This document shows positions 38,288-51,902 of a stretch of 64,000 nt of DNA, piece after piece. A model generated the notes under the pieces. The model saw only the letters and a list, made by a program, of their open reading frames with translations, did no database searches and was not told where the DNA came from. Position 1 is the stretch's first letter, and the number at the start of each line of letters is the position of its first letter. Position numbers and translations under genes: made by a program. The stretch is from Mizuhopecten yessoensis (Eukaryota), in the NCBI RefSeq assembly GCF_002113885.1, contig NW_018480076.1:1277603-1341602 (forward strand), written 5' to 3'.

Positions 38288-41200
38288 CTGAGAAGAAAAG
38301 AAGAATGAACAGAATTATTGACATAAAATAAAACAAAGCAATACATGTACACTCCAACCAATTACGATTTTAGTTATCATAGACGACATACAATAACATG
38401 ATTAGTTTATAAAATGGTTAGTCTGTCCGATATGTTTACAGCAAATTATATTTTCCAGTTAATTAGTGTAAAATGTCTCCCAACATTTCATCTGTCTCCT
38501 AACATAACTGTAATTGTTTACTTTGTGGATTAGGATTCTACAGCTGTTACTTTTGCGCGGACTAAGATTCTGCAGCTGTTACATTTGCGCTGACTTAGAT
38601 TCTACAGCTGTTACTTTTGCGCTGACTAAGATTCTGTAGCTGTTACTTTTACGCGGACTTACATTCTACAGCTGTTACTTTTGCGCGGACTAAGATTCTG
38701 TAGCTGTTACTTTTACGCTGACTTACATTCTACAGCTGTTACTTTTGCGCTGACTTACATTCTACAGCTGTTACTTTTACGCGGACTTACATTCTACAGC
38801 TGTTACTTTTGCGCTGACTTACATTCTACAGCTGTTACTTTTACGAGGACTTACATTCTACAGCTGTTACTTTTGCGCTGACTTACATTCTACAGCTGTT
38901 ACTTTTACGCGGACTTACATTCTACAGCTGTTACTTTTGCGCTGACTTACATTCTACAGCTGTTACTTTTACGAGGACTTACATTCTACAGCTGTTACTT
39001 TTGCGCGGACTAAGCTTCTACAGCTGTTACTTTTACGAGGACTTACATTCTACAACTGTTACTTTTGCGCGGACTTAGACTCTACAGCTGTTACTTTTCT
39101 GAGGACTTACATTCTACAGCTGTTACTTTTGCGCTGACTTACATTCTACAGCTGTTACTTTTGCGCGGACTAAGATTCTGCAGCTGTTACTTTTGCGCTG
39201 ACTTAGATTCTACAGCTGTTACTTTTGCGCGGACCAAGATTCTGTAGCTGTTACTTTTACGCGGACTTACATTCTACAGCTGTTACATTTGCGCGGACTA
39301 AGCTTCTACAGCTGTTACTTTTACGAGGACTTACATTCTACAGCTGTTACTTTTGCGAGGACTTACATTCTACAGCTGTTACTTTTGCGAAAACTTACAT
39401 TCTACAGCTGTTACTTTTGCGCGGACTTACATTCTACAGCTGTTACTTTTCTGAGGTCTTATATTCAACAGCTTATACTTTTGCGAGGACTTAGATTTTA
39501 CAGCTGTTACTTTACGCGGACTTAAATTCTTCATCTGTTACTTTTGGGCGGACTTACATTCTACAGCTGTTACTTTTGCGCGGACGATTCTACAGCTGTT
39601 ACTTTACGCGGACTTAAATTCTTCATCTGTTACTTTTGCGCGGACTTACATTCTACAGCTGTTACTTTTACGCTGACTTACATTCTACAGCTGTTACTTT
39701 TGCGCTGACTTACATTCTATAGCTGTTACTTTTACGCTGACTTACATTCTACAGCTGTTACTTTTGCGCTGACTTACATTCTACAGCTGTTACTTTTACG
39801 AGGACTTACATTCTACAGCTGTTACTTTTGCGCGGACTAAGCTTCTACAGCTGTTACTTTTACGAGGACTTACATTCTACAACTGTTACTTTTGCGCGGA
39901 CTTAGACTCTACAGCTGTTACTTTTCTGAGGACTTACATTCTACAGCTGTTACTTTTGCGCTGACTTACATTCTACAGCTGTTACTTTTGCGCGGACTAA
40001 GATTCTGCAGCTGTTACTTTTGCGCTGACTTAGATTCTACAGCTGTTACTTTTGCGCGGACCAAGATTCTGTAGCTGTTACTTTTACGCGGACTTACATT
40101 CTACAGCTGTTACATTTGCGCGGACTAAGCTTCTACAGCTGTTACTTTTACGAGGACTTACATTCTACAGCTGTTACTTTTGCGAGGACTTACATTCTAC
40201 AGCTGTTACTTTTGCGAAAACTTACATTCTACAGCTGTTACTTTTGCGCGGACTTACATTCTACAGCTGTTACTTTTCTGAGGTCTTATATTCAACAGCT
40301 TATACTTTTGCGAGGACTTAGATTTTACAGCTGTTACTTTACGCGGACTTAAATTCTTCATCTGTTACTTTTGGGTGGACTTAAATTTTACAGCTGTTAC
40401 TTTACGCGGACTTAAATTCTTCATCTGTTACTTTTGCGCGGACTTACATTCTACAGCTGTTACTTTTGCGCGGACGATTCTACAGCTGTTACTTTTGCGA
40501 GGACTTACATTCTACAGCTGTTACTTTTCTGAGGACTTACATTCTACAGCTGTTACTTTTCTGAGGACTTACATTCTACAGCTGTTACTTTTACGAGGAC
40601 TTGCATTCTACAGCTGTTACTTTTGCGAAAACTTAAATTCTTCATCTGTTACTTTTGGGCGGACTTACATTCTACAGCTGTTACTTTTGCGCGGACGATT
40701 CTACAGCTGTTACTTTACGCGGACTTAAATTCTTCATCTGTTACTTTTGCGCGGACTTACATTCTACAGCTGTTACTTTTGCGCGGACTAATCTACAGCT
40801 GTTACTTTTGCGAGGACTTACATTCTACAGCTGTTACTTTTCTGAGGACTTACATTCTACAGCTGTTACTTTTCTGAGGACTTACATTCTACAGCTGTTA
40901 CTTTTACGAGGACTTGCATTCTACAGCTGTTACTTTTGCGAAAACTTACATTCTACAGCTGTTACTTTTGCGCGGACTTACATTCTACAGCTGTTACTTT
41001 TGCGCGGACTTAAATTCTACAGCTGTTACTTTTGCGCGGACTTGAATTCTACAGCTAAAATTATGTTGCGTGGATATATTTTACAGCTATTGTTTCATGT
41101 ATTATTTTTGCATATCAAGGGTAAGACGTTTGAAGCGCTACTGCGAAAATTACATGAGTTAGAGTAAGTTAATAAATAGAGTTACGGTAAATTTACGTAT

Positions 41201-44200
41201 TTGATATGCATTTCGAAATTAACAGAGAATTAAGATATTTATAATGAGTTAAGATAAAAACAATAAATTTAAAGATTATCAGTCCCTCATGATGAAAATT
41301 CATTTTAAGTGAATATATTCTTAGTCTATCGTATACTTGTACTTGTTAACAAATATTAATGAAAAGTAAGATAATGACTTACTTTCCATACGATAACCTA
41401 CGACTAGTTATTGTATCAAACGCAATTATGCATAATTTGTAAATCGTAAGCTGTATGTATTGCAGATCATGTGACTTACCTTTCTCCCAGTTCACCGGAA
41501 GTGACGGAGACAGAATGAGCTGACCAAGAGTCCGCTCCAGCAAAAAAGCCGAGGAAACTGGCAGCTTTCTTCGTGTAGCGGAGATCAATACTGTGTATTT
41601 GCCCCACCTCGACAGGCGATGTGATCAGTTTCTGAAGATTGTGACCAGACGTCAGGTCCACATCAGCACTATATAATGAGGACAATCAAACATTATTCAG
41701 AAGGTATAGAGAGTTCTAAAGCATAAGTACGAAGCACTTGGTTGGACTACCTAAGCATGACAACGTTTATGAAGGCAATGCAAGGCTTTGTCAAGGCTCG
41801 TAAAAAAGCAGCATCAGTTTTGACCAGCCGAAAATAGGTACGGCATTATAGGTACCTAGGTCGGGTGGCGCAGTAGAAAGCGCACTTACCTTTCATCAAG
41901 GCGGCCGGGGTTCGATTCCCCGGTCGGACGTGAAAAGGTAAGGGGTCACCTGCCCGATCACGTGGGTTTTCTCCGAGTACTCCAGTTTCCTCCCACATTT
42001 AGACCCTCCGTGCGATAACATCCGAGCCAACAAGAGTGATTAATGTAAGTTGTAAAAACTTGTTTTATAATTGTTGGAAAATAAATGAAGTTTATTTATT
42101 TAGGTACCTAGCTGGAGACTGATGAGTGAAGGAGTTCGTAGACATATATTGTAAATGGGACCACAGTCCTGTATGGTTAAACATATAGGATATATGCTTA
42201 AGGCACCGAGACTAAAGGTAACAACCTGTTTACATCCCCCCAAAATTTCTAGACCAATGTGATCAGAAAAACATATAAATACATAATACATCCTATTTCT
42301 CTGTATATTACGGAACAACATTTATTGTCTTTAAATATTGCATTTTACACATGTCAATCAAAATAAACCATGCGCTATATTGATTAATATTCAATGGGCT
42401 CTTGACTATGAAATTTTCCCGTAGAGTTTGTTAGGTGTTGTAAGTTTATGGACATGCACAGCAAGATGTATATTCAGCTGTGTGTGCTTCTTACCCACAT
42501 TTCTACAAATAACCTCACTGACTCTTCTACAGAGAGATATATTTTTCTCCAGTACTTATTGTCCGCTCCGGTACCTATGACCTGTTCGTTTATGCGGAAC
42601 CATCGGTTTGTCTGTTTTGAAATGTAACATTTTCGGGTATAAATCCTGGAGGACCTGCACATTTTTCTGATGGCCTTGCAAAGCTTTGTCAAAGCTCGCC
42701 TGAAAGCAGCATCAGATTACTAGGTCCGACCTTATTTCGTAAACGAAGAACTCTGGTCCAACCGGTCTAACCGGTTCAACCGTTCGGATAGCGATAAACG
42801 AAAGCGACCCCTGTGTTCGGCTACCGAGCGTGCGTCTGGTTTCACCAAGATGGCGACTTACTCTGTGACGCTGTTCCAACCAGAAGTACCCCACTCTCCA
42901 TTTAATCTCACTGCTACAGTTCCCTTGGAGGTCGCTGAAGAGGCCACTACTACACCGTACTGGAAAGCTGAGGAAAGAAAGTGCTTGTTAAAACTACTCA
43001 TCAAATGCCAGTTACTAGCTACAGGAAGTGAATGTAGTTAAATGTATTTGTATCATACGGATGTAATATATCCATAAGGAATTGTCCTAAGTACCAGGTA
43101 TCGCGAAAATGTCAGATAAACTACCAACAGAGTTAGCTGGGTTTGGTGGTGAGAGCTTTCGTATGTAAATACAAAAGTACCACATCAAATACACGAGGAA
43201 AACAGAAGTACCAGGACGGATTGCAGAGTTTATAACTTTTCCTGGTCACTCTCTATAAAAGGAAACACACAATGCTTTCAACTGACACGTGTCTTTGTTA
43301 TCACGCGGGAAAGTTCATAGTATGCTTGCTATTTTGTTCCATGTTCATTTATCCTTAAGGGCATGTCACACACTACCGATGTACCTCGCCGGGACTATAA
43401 AGCGGAGCAGAGCATTATCAACGGTGAGAAAATCGGCAGAACTACGGCGAGATAGCACTAGAAAAAAAAAAATCAAAATTGACTGTAGCAAAACCGATGT
43501 AGTACCAGCGTTCTCGTTGCGATACCGTTGTTCTACCGTTTTCCTTCCGATGTAAGAGCCGATGTGCTACCGAATACCACTTTTCTGTCGCTAGCACATC
43601 GGAGGCGCATCAGTGTTACTTCGGTGGTATTCGGTAGTACTATGTTATCACATCGGTACCAGTACGGTACACATTGAGGACACGGGAGAGCCGCCGATCC
43701 ATTTCGGGGCGCTACCGGTGCTCTATACCGCCATTACCGAAGACATACCAGAGTACTGCCGTTTCAACCGGATGTTCGCTCCGGCGGTGCAACGCCGAAC
43801 ATTTTTGAGCATGTTCAAAAAGATTCTACCGTCGCCGGCCGTTGCTAAATTGTTCACCAATCTACCGTTCTCTGCGATGTGATATCGTTGGGCTGTCGTA
43901 CTAATACCGGTCCCCGATATCGACTAAACATATATACTCCGCTATAGCTCCGGCGACCCAAATTGGCTAGGTGTGACAGGCTCTTCAGCGTGAGAACCGC
44001 GTCTATGCAGAAAGACATCTCAGAAATGGTCAAGTTAATTGGGTAAAATAGACGTTACTTACCACAAAAGGGGGAGCTGGACTCGGTGTTCAGGTAAAGT
44101 TTTCCTCTTGCGTGGTACTGGTCGGCATAGTAACCCATCTGTGCACATCCCGTACTCCCACAACTCAAACACGCGCCATTCTTGAATTTATCCTTGAACA

Positions 44201-47200
44201 AAAATGAAAGTGCTGTGAACTGCGTTTGCAGAATACGTCAATAAGTGTCGAAACTCACGAAATTACATAATGTGATTTAATGACATGATATAATGTTAGC
44301 TTTAGGTCAGAGGTAAAACATCGGTCTTCAGTTAGTAGTGTACACGTATTAGATGGGATTCCTTATTTTGATTTGTACAATCTAAATTCTAAGGAATGTG
44401 TAACGTTCTTACAGGGAAAGCAGAACCTTAAAGGTCTTACATAGGATGTACATGGATAGGCCGTGAACGGACATGGTGAGTTGATGGACTCCGTGAAATA
44501 CTGATGGGAACGTGAATGGCTGCAGCTGACTGTATCTCCCAAATCTGAAAAAAATAACTTGGAGTTTTCGATTCACATCGATTATGTAATTACTAGATTA
44601 CAACACCGCGAGAACTATCATATATATGATAGATAGATATAACACCGTTAAAAGTGCGAATTGCTAAGAAATCGTGTTACAGGAATCTACTGTGACTTTT
44701 GTTCTAGTTTTCATACACATTGTATTGGTAGTTCTTTTGCTTGAGTATATTCTATAAGATTTATTTCCGCTTACTTCTACATGTATCACCATGGTTGTCT
44801 GGTTTGTACACTATGGAGTCTAATAGCGTTTGTACACGATTCATAATGTCATCTGGATAGAGTAGCATGGAGAAGTACTTCCGCGTCTACAGCAAACACA
44901 CCGGTACTAGGAATTATGATGTGAAAGGATGAAAAGTGGACACATTTTCAATATTGGAAATCATTGCCATAACTATTTCTATTGTTAGCGTTGATTTGCC
45001 AATAGCTGTGTTCTTTTAAACAAACTGAGTTACTACCAGTTATATCGTCTTTATCAAAAGAAAGCGATTACGGTACTTACGATCCAATTTCCCGTTGAAA
45101 ATCTGCCCGATAACCCCCGTGATTTGACTAGGGCATCCAGGCTGTGTCTCTCCACCGTTGGCGTAAAAGTCCACGTGACCACTTTGTTCCATTAGACCTG
45201 CGCCACCGGAAGAAATAGGAGCCCCGTTGGTGTGGATTACGTCAACGAACATGGCGTCGTCAGCATCAAGACGTATGATTTTGGGATGGTTTTCGAAGTC
45301 CGGTTCAGCAGCGTCCAAACCTGTATATATTGTTACATATTCATCGAACCATCAAACACAGCACATTCGTTTCTTGAGACAAAAACTAAAAAAAAACAAA
45401 AAAAACCCATGTAATACGCATTTGTCAAATTCCAAATCTTCCTCAAAAAGTGTTTCATGGTCTAAACATGAAGATGATTCATTTTTCGGAGATTTCTATA
45501 ACAGAAACGCTTAGTCCCAGATTAAACTAAGCGTACTCTGATAATCCGTAATGTACAGTTTATAAACATAAAACACTTTCGACCTACTTTTTACCATCCT
45601 TGATACTCCAGGGGTTACGTTCATCCTTGATACTCCAGGGGTTACGTTCACTTTTGCCCTCTGCACCACTAGGATATGTCATTGCAAAATTAAAGGCACG
45701 CGGCTAGCTATTTATTTGGTCTCAGGTAAAAAGAACAACGTGACCAATCACTAGGCTGATACCAGTCCTTTGAAAATAACAGAGGAACTGCGCATGACTT
45801 CAAAACCGGTCAATTTTACCGTTACGCAACCGAGAGATTCTCTTGATGTACATCAAAGGATCAAACTAGCCTCCTCGTCTCATCCACAAGGTGGTACACA
45901 CTGAGTCTTCGATTTTGCTATGACATATTCAAGGGGTGTAGAGAGCGAAAGTGAGCGTAACCCCTGTAGTATCAAGGATGCGCTGGAATATGTTATGGTA
46001 AAAATCGATGGCACGCGGTCGCCTATTTGATTGGTTTCAGGGAGAAAAAAGACCAATTGCAAAGTTAATACCTTTCCTTAAAAGAAGCGACATCCAACTT
46101 CCTAGCGGCCAATTTTACCGTTGCAGTGCCGCGCGACTCCTTTGAAGTACACACAAGAGTGCAAAGAATGTAGGATACGCATGATCTGATCTACTTACTT
46201 GTGATACGTTTGATCTATATTATACTTACAAGTGAAGCGCCATTACTAACCTAATTACTAAAAGAATGCCTTGTTTGACCTACTTAGCAGAGAAGCATGC
46301 ACTTTGACATAGTTACCGGAGATGCGCCCTAACTTTCCATGTAGCAGGTAGCCTGCGTAGCCGCTTGTGTGAGCCCCAAGACTGTGGCCAACAAGATGGA
46401 AGTCTGTCAGCCTCGCGCCTGTCAGTACCATCTGGTCGATCATGAGCCGAACCTGTGTGCCCACCATGCGCGTGTTGGCCACCGCCTGGAAGTAGTCTGG
46501 GAAGGTCGCACCCGCGCCCCACGCCACGACCACTACGTTCATTGGCTCCTGTAACCACGCATAACGTATTTATAAAGGATCATACAGCACAACCAGTGAA
46601 TTCTCCATGTATACAATTCGATAACTTAGGTAGGTTATGTTCACTCATCAGACAAATGATTACTAAAGCGTGTGTAATCTCAGGTGTTAAAAATGACGAC
46701 AAGGTGACCTGGCACGTAGGTGTTGCAGGGTACGTTATGATAATCAAATCGGCTGATTGATTTGGTTACGGTTTATTTGAAATGCGAAAGTTAAGGAGCC
46801 CCCAATCTACATCCGGAACTGTCTCGCTTCGGCGTTTTCAGATATGTTTCTATCTGTCGCTTGAACATGTTGCTGCACTCTTTGTCTTACAGTTGGGAAT
46901 TATTCATTGTCAATTACATGCTTTTGCTATCTGGCAATGATGTGTGAAGTCTTTTTTTCTATTAATTTTGGTATCCGATATGCGATGCATCACAGTTCTT
47001 GCATCCGATCTCACATATACGCATTCTGCTACGATTTCTTTAAGGAACATCGTACCACTGTTAAAAACTGTGAATACGTGAAACCGTTTTCAAGACATGA
47101 CTAAATTAATTACTGAAAAGGAAACCATACCTTGTGGGACATTGACAAAGTTAATATTAACAAACTGTAATCAATAACAGTGTTCTGAGTTGAAAAAAAT

Positions 47201-49346
47201 ACCCATTTAGAGGGGCTCAACCGGTATTCGAACCCAGGACCTCAAAATGTTATACTGTCGCTTTAACCGGTCAACGGGTCTCTTCTGACCCAATTGAGCT
47301 ATTTATGATCCTTAAGTGTTTTGTCATTAAGGCGTACTAGGATGTTACGCCGCGCCCTGTGGGTTTTTATGACTGTTGCTACACTACAAACTATAGGGTA
47401 TAACACTACATACTATAGTGTATAACACTACATACTATAGGGTACTATAGGGTATAACACTACATACTATAGGGTATAACACTACATACTATAGGGTATT
47501 ACACTCATACTAAAGGGTATTACACTACATACTATAGGGTATTACACTACATACTATAGGGTATAACACTACTTACTATAGGGTATTACACTACAAACTA
47601 TAGAGTATAACACTATATACTATAGGGTATAACACTACATACTATAGCGTATTACACAATTTACTATAGGGTATTACACTAAATACTATAGATATTACAC
47701 TAAATATTATAGGGTATAGCACTACATATTATAGGGGGTAACACTACATACTATAGGGTATTACACTACATACTATATGATATTACACTACATACTATAT
47801 TGTATAACACTACATACTATAGGGTATTACACTACGTTAATCAGAGTATCACACTGCCAAATAGAGTATTAAACTACATATTTGAGTTTTACACAAAATT
47901 GTAACGGGTATTACACCTCATTCTTTAGAGTAATACACTACATACTATAGGGTTTTACACTAAATACTATAAAGTATCAGACTACATAATATAGAGTATC
48001 ACACTGCATAATACTGGGTATTACACTAAATACTATAGGGTATAACACTCATACCATAGGGTATCACACTCATACTAAAGGGTATTACACTCATACTATA
48101 GGGTATTGCACTAAATACTATAGGGTATTACACTAAATACTATAGAATATTACACTACATACTACAGGGTATTACACTCATACTATAGGGTATTACACTA
48201 AATACTATAGGGTATAACACTACATACTATAGAATATCACACTAAATACTATAGGGTATAACACTACATACTATAGGGTATTACACTACATACTATAGGG
48301 TATTACACTAAATATTATAGAATATTACACTACATACTATAGAATATTTTACTACATACTATAGGGTATTACACTACGTTAAACAGAGTACCACACTGCC
48401 AAATAGAGTATTAAACTACATATTTGAGTTTTACACAACACTTTATAGGGTATTACACTAAATACTATAAAGTATCACACTACATAATACTGGGTTTTAC
48501 ACTAAATACTATAAAGTATCACACTACATAATATAGAGTATCACACTACATACAGTGTTATATAGGGTTTTACACTAAATACTATAAAGTATCACACTAC
48601 CTACTTTAGGGTATAACACTACATACTAATTTCATAAACTCATCCTTCATGTCGTAAAGCCACGTAGTGTTGATAGTATTTGTAAATCCGTGGATGATGA
48701 ACTTAGTTTTCCGCTTTTGGTTGTAATGTGAATTTGCCACTGTATTCACGTTCGTGTAATCCAGCACTTCCGCCCGGGAACCGCCTTCTGGTGTAAACAA
48801 AAGCATAACAGTGCCAATCGCCTCGGGAGATCTTGGGAGGTCGAGATTTGCATTGTCAAATGGGGCGAAGTTGTCGAAACAGCCAACAAAAGGGTAGCAC
48901 ACTGTTCTGTTGGCATTAGAGGGAGCGTGTGCGACCGTTACGTTGTGGACAACTGCAGGACTTGGCGTCGACGTGGCCACCCCATTTGTCTGGTCACTTG
49001 CTACAAACAATCAAAACGGAACTCGCTAACTTAAAAACATGTTTATATAAGAGAAAATGTATTTGAGTTTATTTGTTAAATGTACGAGGATCTTATGTAT
49101 GTTAACCGTAAACTCATCATCATTATCAATTAACTGATCAGATGCAGAAATTTCCCATGATAAGAGGTTAACTGAACATCGGGCATAAAAGAAGAACACC
49201 AACCTATAATTTATTGAAAATACGTATCACCTGACCATCACTTCAACTACTATGTTTTCATCAGATACTATCTGCAAGAAAACGTACATTTCTTGTTTGC
49301 ATAATTACTTACCAAGTAGGAGTGCAATAAAAGACAAAACAATCAT
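38206..49346 (-). CDS. Pancreatic triacylglycerol lipase-family protein (PNLIP/PNLIPRP-like), 9 coding exons, 496 aa
   Basis: Exons 49346-49313, 49000-48627, 46548-46317, 45320-45081, 44544-44441, 44192-44063, 42967-42862, 41668-41480 and 38287-38206 are all GT-AG, phase-consistent and total 1491 nt. Motifs: [44 protein letters not shown]-terminal PLAT domain. Confidence 0.95.
38530..41057. repeat. 32-bp minisatellite, about 79 copies, in the last lipase intron
   Basis: Unit GACTTACATTCTACAGCTGTTACTTTTGCGCG; 827-bp internal duplication (identical ORFs at 39065 and 39892). Confidence 0.96.
41480..41668 (-). CDS. Lipase exon 8 (PLAT)
   Basis: [31 protein letters not shown]...GELGE; phase 2-2. 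Confidence 0.9.
41860..42100 (+). mobile_element. tRNA-derived V-domain SINE, copy 3
   Basis: Same family as 813 and 13628; TSD TAGGTACCTAG at 41849-41859 and 42101-42111. Confidence 0.9.
42862..42967 (-). CDS. Lipase exon 7 (PLAT start)
   Basis: [35 protein letters not shown]; TTCCTCAG acceptor, GTAAGT donor, phase 1-2. Confidence 0.9.
43358..43984. mobile_element. Harbinger-like non-autonomous DNA transposon, GC-rich, in lipase intron 6
   Basis: Imperfect TIRs AGGGCATGTCACAC / GTGTGACAGGCTCT; flanks TTA and TCA. Confidence 0.75.
44063..44192 (-). CDS. Lipase exon 6
   Basis: [43 protein letters not shown]. Confidence 0.93.
44441..44544 (-). CDS. Lipase exon 5 (catalytic His)
   Basis: [35 protein letters not shown]. 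Confidence 0.93.
45081..45320 (-). CDS. Lipase exon 4 (catalytic Asp, start of lid)
   Basis: [10 protein letters not shown]...VDVIHTNG...[16 protein letters not shown]. Confidence 0.95.
46317..46548 (-). CDS. Lipase exon 3 (catalytic Ser)
   Basis: [10 protein letters not shown]...[16 protein letters not shown]...GRIS. Confidence 0.95.
47378..48626. repeat. 22-bp minisatellite, about 55 copies, abutting the lipase exon 2 donor
   Basis: Unit CTATAGGGTATTACACTACATA. Confidence 0.93.
48627..49000 (-). CDS. Lipase exon 2
   Basis: VCYPFVGCF...[10 protein letters not shown]...TKFIIHGF...W...MKDEFMKL. Confidence 0.95.
49313..49346 (-). CDS. Lipase exon 1 (signal peptide)
   Basis: [23 protein letters not shown] donor, phase 1. 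Confidence 0.85.
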
Positions 49347-51548
49347 GGCGCCGTTTTTGTGGGAATGGGGTGATGGCGGACACTGCTTTGATATGGCAGA
49401 CCAGATAAGCCCGGCTGTCTCGCCGTGACCTCGGAACCACGTGGTGGGTTCCGTATCGCAAAAATCAGGGTTATTGGAGTTCACCGAAAGGGAGAAAATG
49501 TCATTGCAACTGCGATAACGGAAAAACCACTTCCGGGACAGATCGTCAACGCTGACATTGGGTCGGTACAAACTTTTCATTGTGTCAAAGATAGATATGA
49601 TATTGCAGAAATTAATATTTACAAAATAAAGTTTTAAATCGATTATTCCTTATATTGATATATTACATAAATTACATCTTATACAACAGAAAATAAACAA
49701 AAATACCCAATAAAATCACATGTTTATTGATTGTATACACCAGAAACGGATCCAGTAGTTTGGATCATATAGCAAATGTTCACCGAGTTTACAAAGGAAA
49801 ACACGTTTGTCTTACGTCTGGGACGCTCACGATAGGCATTTACGAGAAAAGACCTGCACCTGTCTTCCATGAAAGATACAACACTACTGAAGTGACACGT
49901 GATTACTGGTATCGATCTTTATCTGACTCTAAAACTCTTTTAACCTCCCATTGTTCTCTTTTTCTCTCTTATTCCTTTTCAACATCCTTAAAAGGATGTC
50001 AGCAAGTGAAACGGTATCCATGGCCACCAATTGCACAAATGATATCGTTGTTAGGTTGTGTTACGGAAAGCTTGCGCGACATGCCCGATTGATAATCTCG
50101 CGACAAATCTCCTGAAATTTTCTAAATTACTTTAATAATGCAATTTCATATTACACGAGACCTTTTTTAAGCATGATTATTGAAATCGACTTTTTTTAAC
50201 CTTTTTATACCAAATGGAATTATCCGGAATGCAAATTCAAGCTATAGCCATCTGAAAGCGTTGGATCGCATAGCATTAAAGGTAAACTATAAGATAGGGG
50301 AAATTAGCATAGGAGCATATCCTTTTTCGCTGAATAACCTTTTAATGGCGAATATTGAATATTCCTTGTAAGAATCGTTACGACTTTATGTGGTTAGCAA
50401 GACAGACTTTATTTCTATTTCATTGAAAAATGAAAATATTGAGTGATTTTTTATTGTTAGATTTTCAATTAATCGATAATAGCTGTTGTAGCAATATAAC
50501 GAGGACGCTTTACCCGTGATTAGGTATACACTGATTAAAACGCCTTTGACTTCATTTAAAGAATTTGGTTTTTTTAATTTTGAATGTGAAGGAAGAGAAA
50601 ACGCTTATTACTAGAATGGCTGCAGGACCGTATGCTCAACATAAGCTTAGTTTATCCATATTTATTGTCAAAAATTTAAAAAAAAGTTACCAATCACAAA
50701 TTATAACAACTTATCATAGCGTACTCCTGAATACAAGGCACGTGATGTGAAATGTTATGGTATGACCGCAAATGTACAACCAGATTGATTTCGAGATGGT
50801 CTTTTTAAACTTTTAAGGATGATTGCACAGGAATACGATTAAAAAAAAAATCACGTATTAGTTCGTCACAGTTTTATTATACTAAAGTTAGTTTGTAAAA
50901 GTAATATATGAATTATTTGGTGTTATTATATTTGGAAGTTTACAAGTTAATCGTCGTCATGTAACAGGTGTCCATTACTACACCCGATAGCCCCCGGTCT
51001 TCACACGGATAATAACACTGTTTGGTAAACAGGGATTCCCTGTATATACCAGGACAAAATACACCGCATCATTAATTAATCGTGTTCCGTAAAGTAAACC
51101 AAATACCGGACTTCGTACTCAATAATTATCGCAAGGAGCTCTATACGAGAGAGGCATGGAGGTGGTATTTTCACCCGAGCCACTCCTTCCATGCTTCCTA
51201 GTCTCCTATCCCGCCATCACTGCCAATCTACCTGGCTACTTATACTCCCGTGTGTCTCATCACTACCCTACTTTGACGGAATAAGAAACTCATCATTTAT
51301 TCAACAACCTCCAATAACATTTCTTACTTGTGACTTTACCTGCCCAAGATGAAAGACAGTGCCATCTAAATAACATCTACCATCTACAGGTAGATAATTA
51401 CATAAATTATTAATCAGCTGTGGGGCCTCACAGATCTAGACCGGACGAATCTGGGCGATACAGGTAGATAGAGAAAAGACAACATCGCGAACGGACGTAA
51501 GAAACAGTTATTGAGTATATAGAGAGAACATCCGAACGACCCCGTGCG

Positions 51549-51902
51549 ATGATACCGAGACCTATACTACTAAGTCTCCTGGTGTCCGTCTGTCTTGGGA
51601 CAGTGTCAACTACGTCGCAGTATGGCGTTATTAAGGCAAAATTTACTCGGAACAACGAACTGTCCTTCCCAGGGAAGGTGTTTGAGAACCATGTCATCAA
51701 ACAGTTTAGTACCAAGTACCAGGTGACGCACTGTGCCATGGAGTGTTTCCTCAACGTCCGGTGCCAATCTTTTAACTTTGACGCCAGTATCCGGTCGTGT
51801 CAACTGAACGACGCGTCCCAAATCGATTACCCCGAAGACTTGAAGAACACGAGTACGCCCACGGCGGAGTATCACCTCCGAAACGCCTTCTCTTTGGACT
51901 CC
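51549..51902 (+). CDS. Exon 1: signal peptide and PAN/Apple domain
   Basis: MIPRPILLSLLVSVCLG...HCAMECFLNVRCQSFNFDASIRSCQLN; GTGAGT donor. Confidence 0.9.

Noticed and set aside
38681-41167. ORFs such as ([10 protein letters not shown])n and ([10 protein letters not shown])n
   Set aside because: 32-bp minisatellite artefacts, antisense to the lipase intron.
42474-42692. 72-aa minus-strand ORF with a GTAAG donor inside a lipase intron
   Set aside because: No lipase similarity, and the 9-exon model is complete and in phase without it.
47210-47310. B-box-like TTCGAACCCAGGACC
   Set aside because: Too degenerate to call as a tRNA or SINE.
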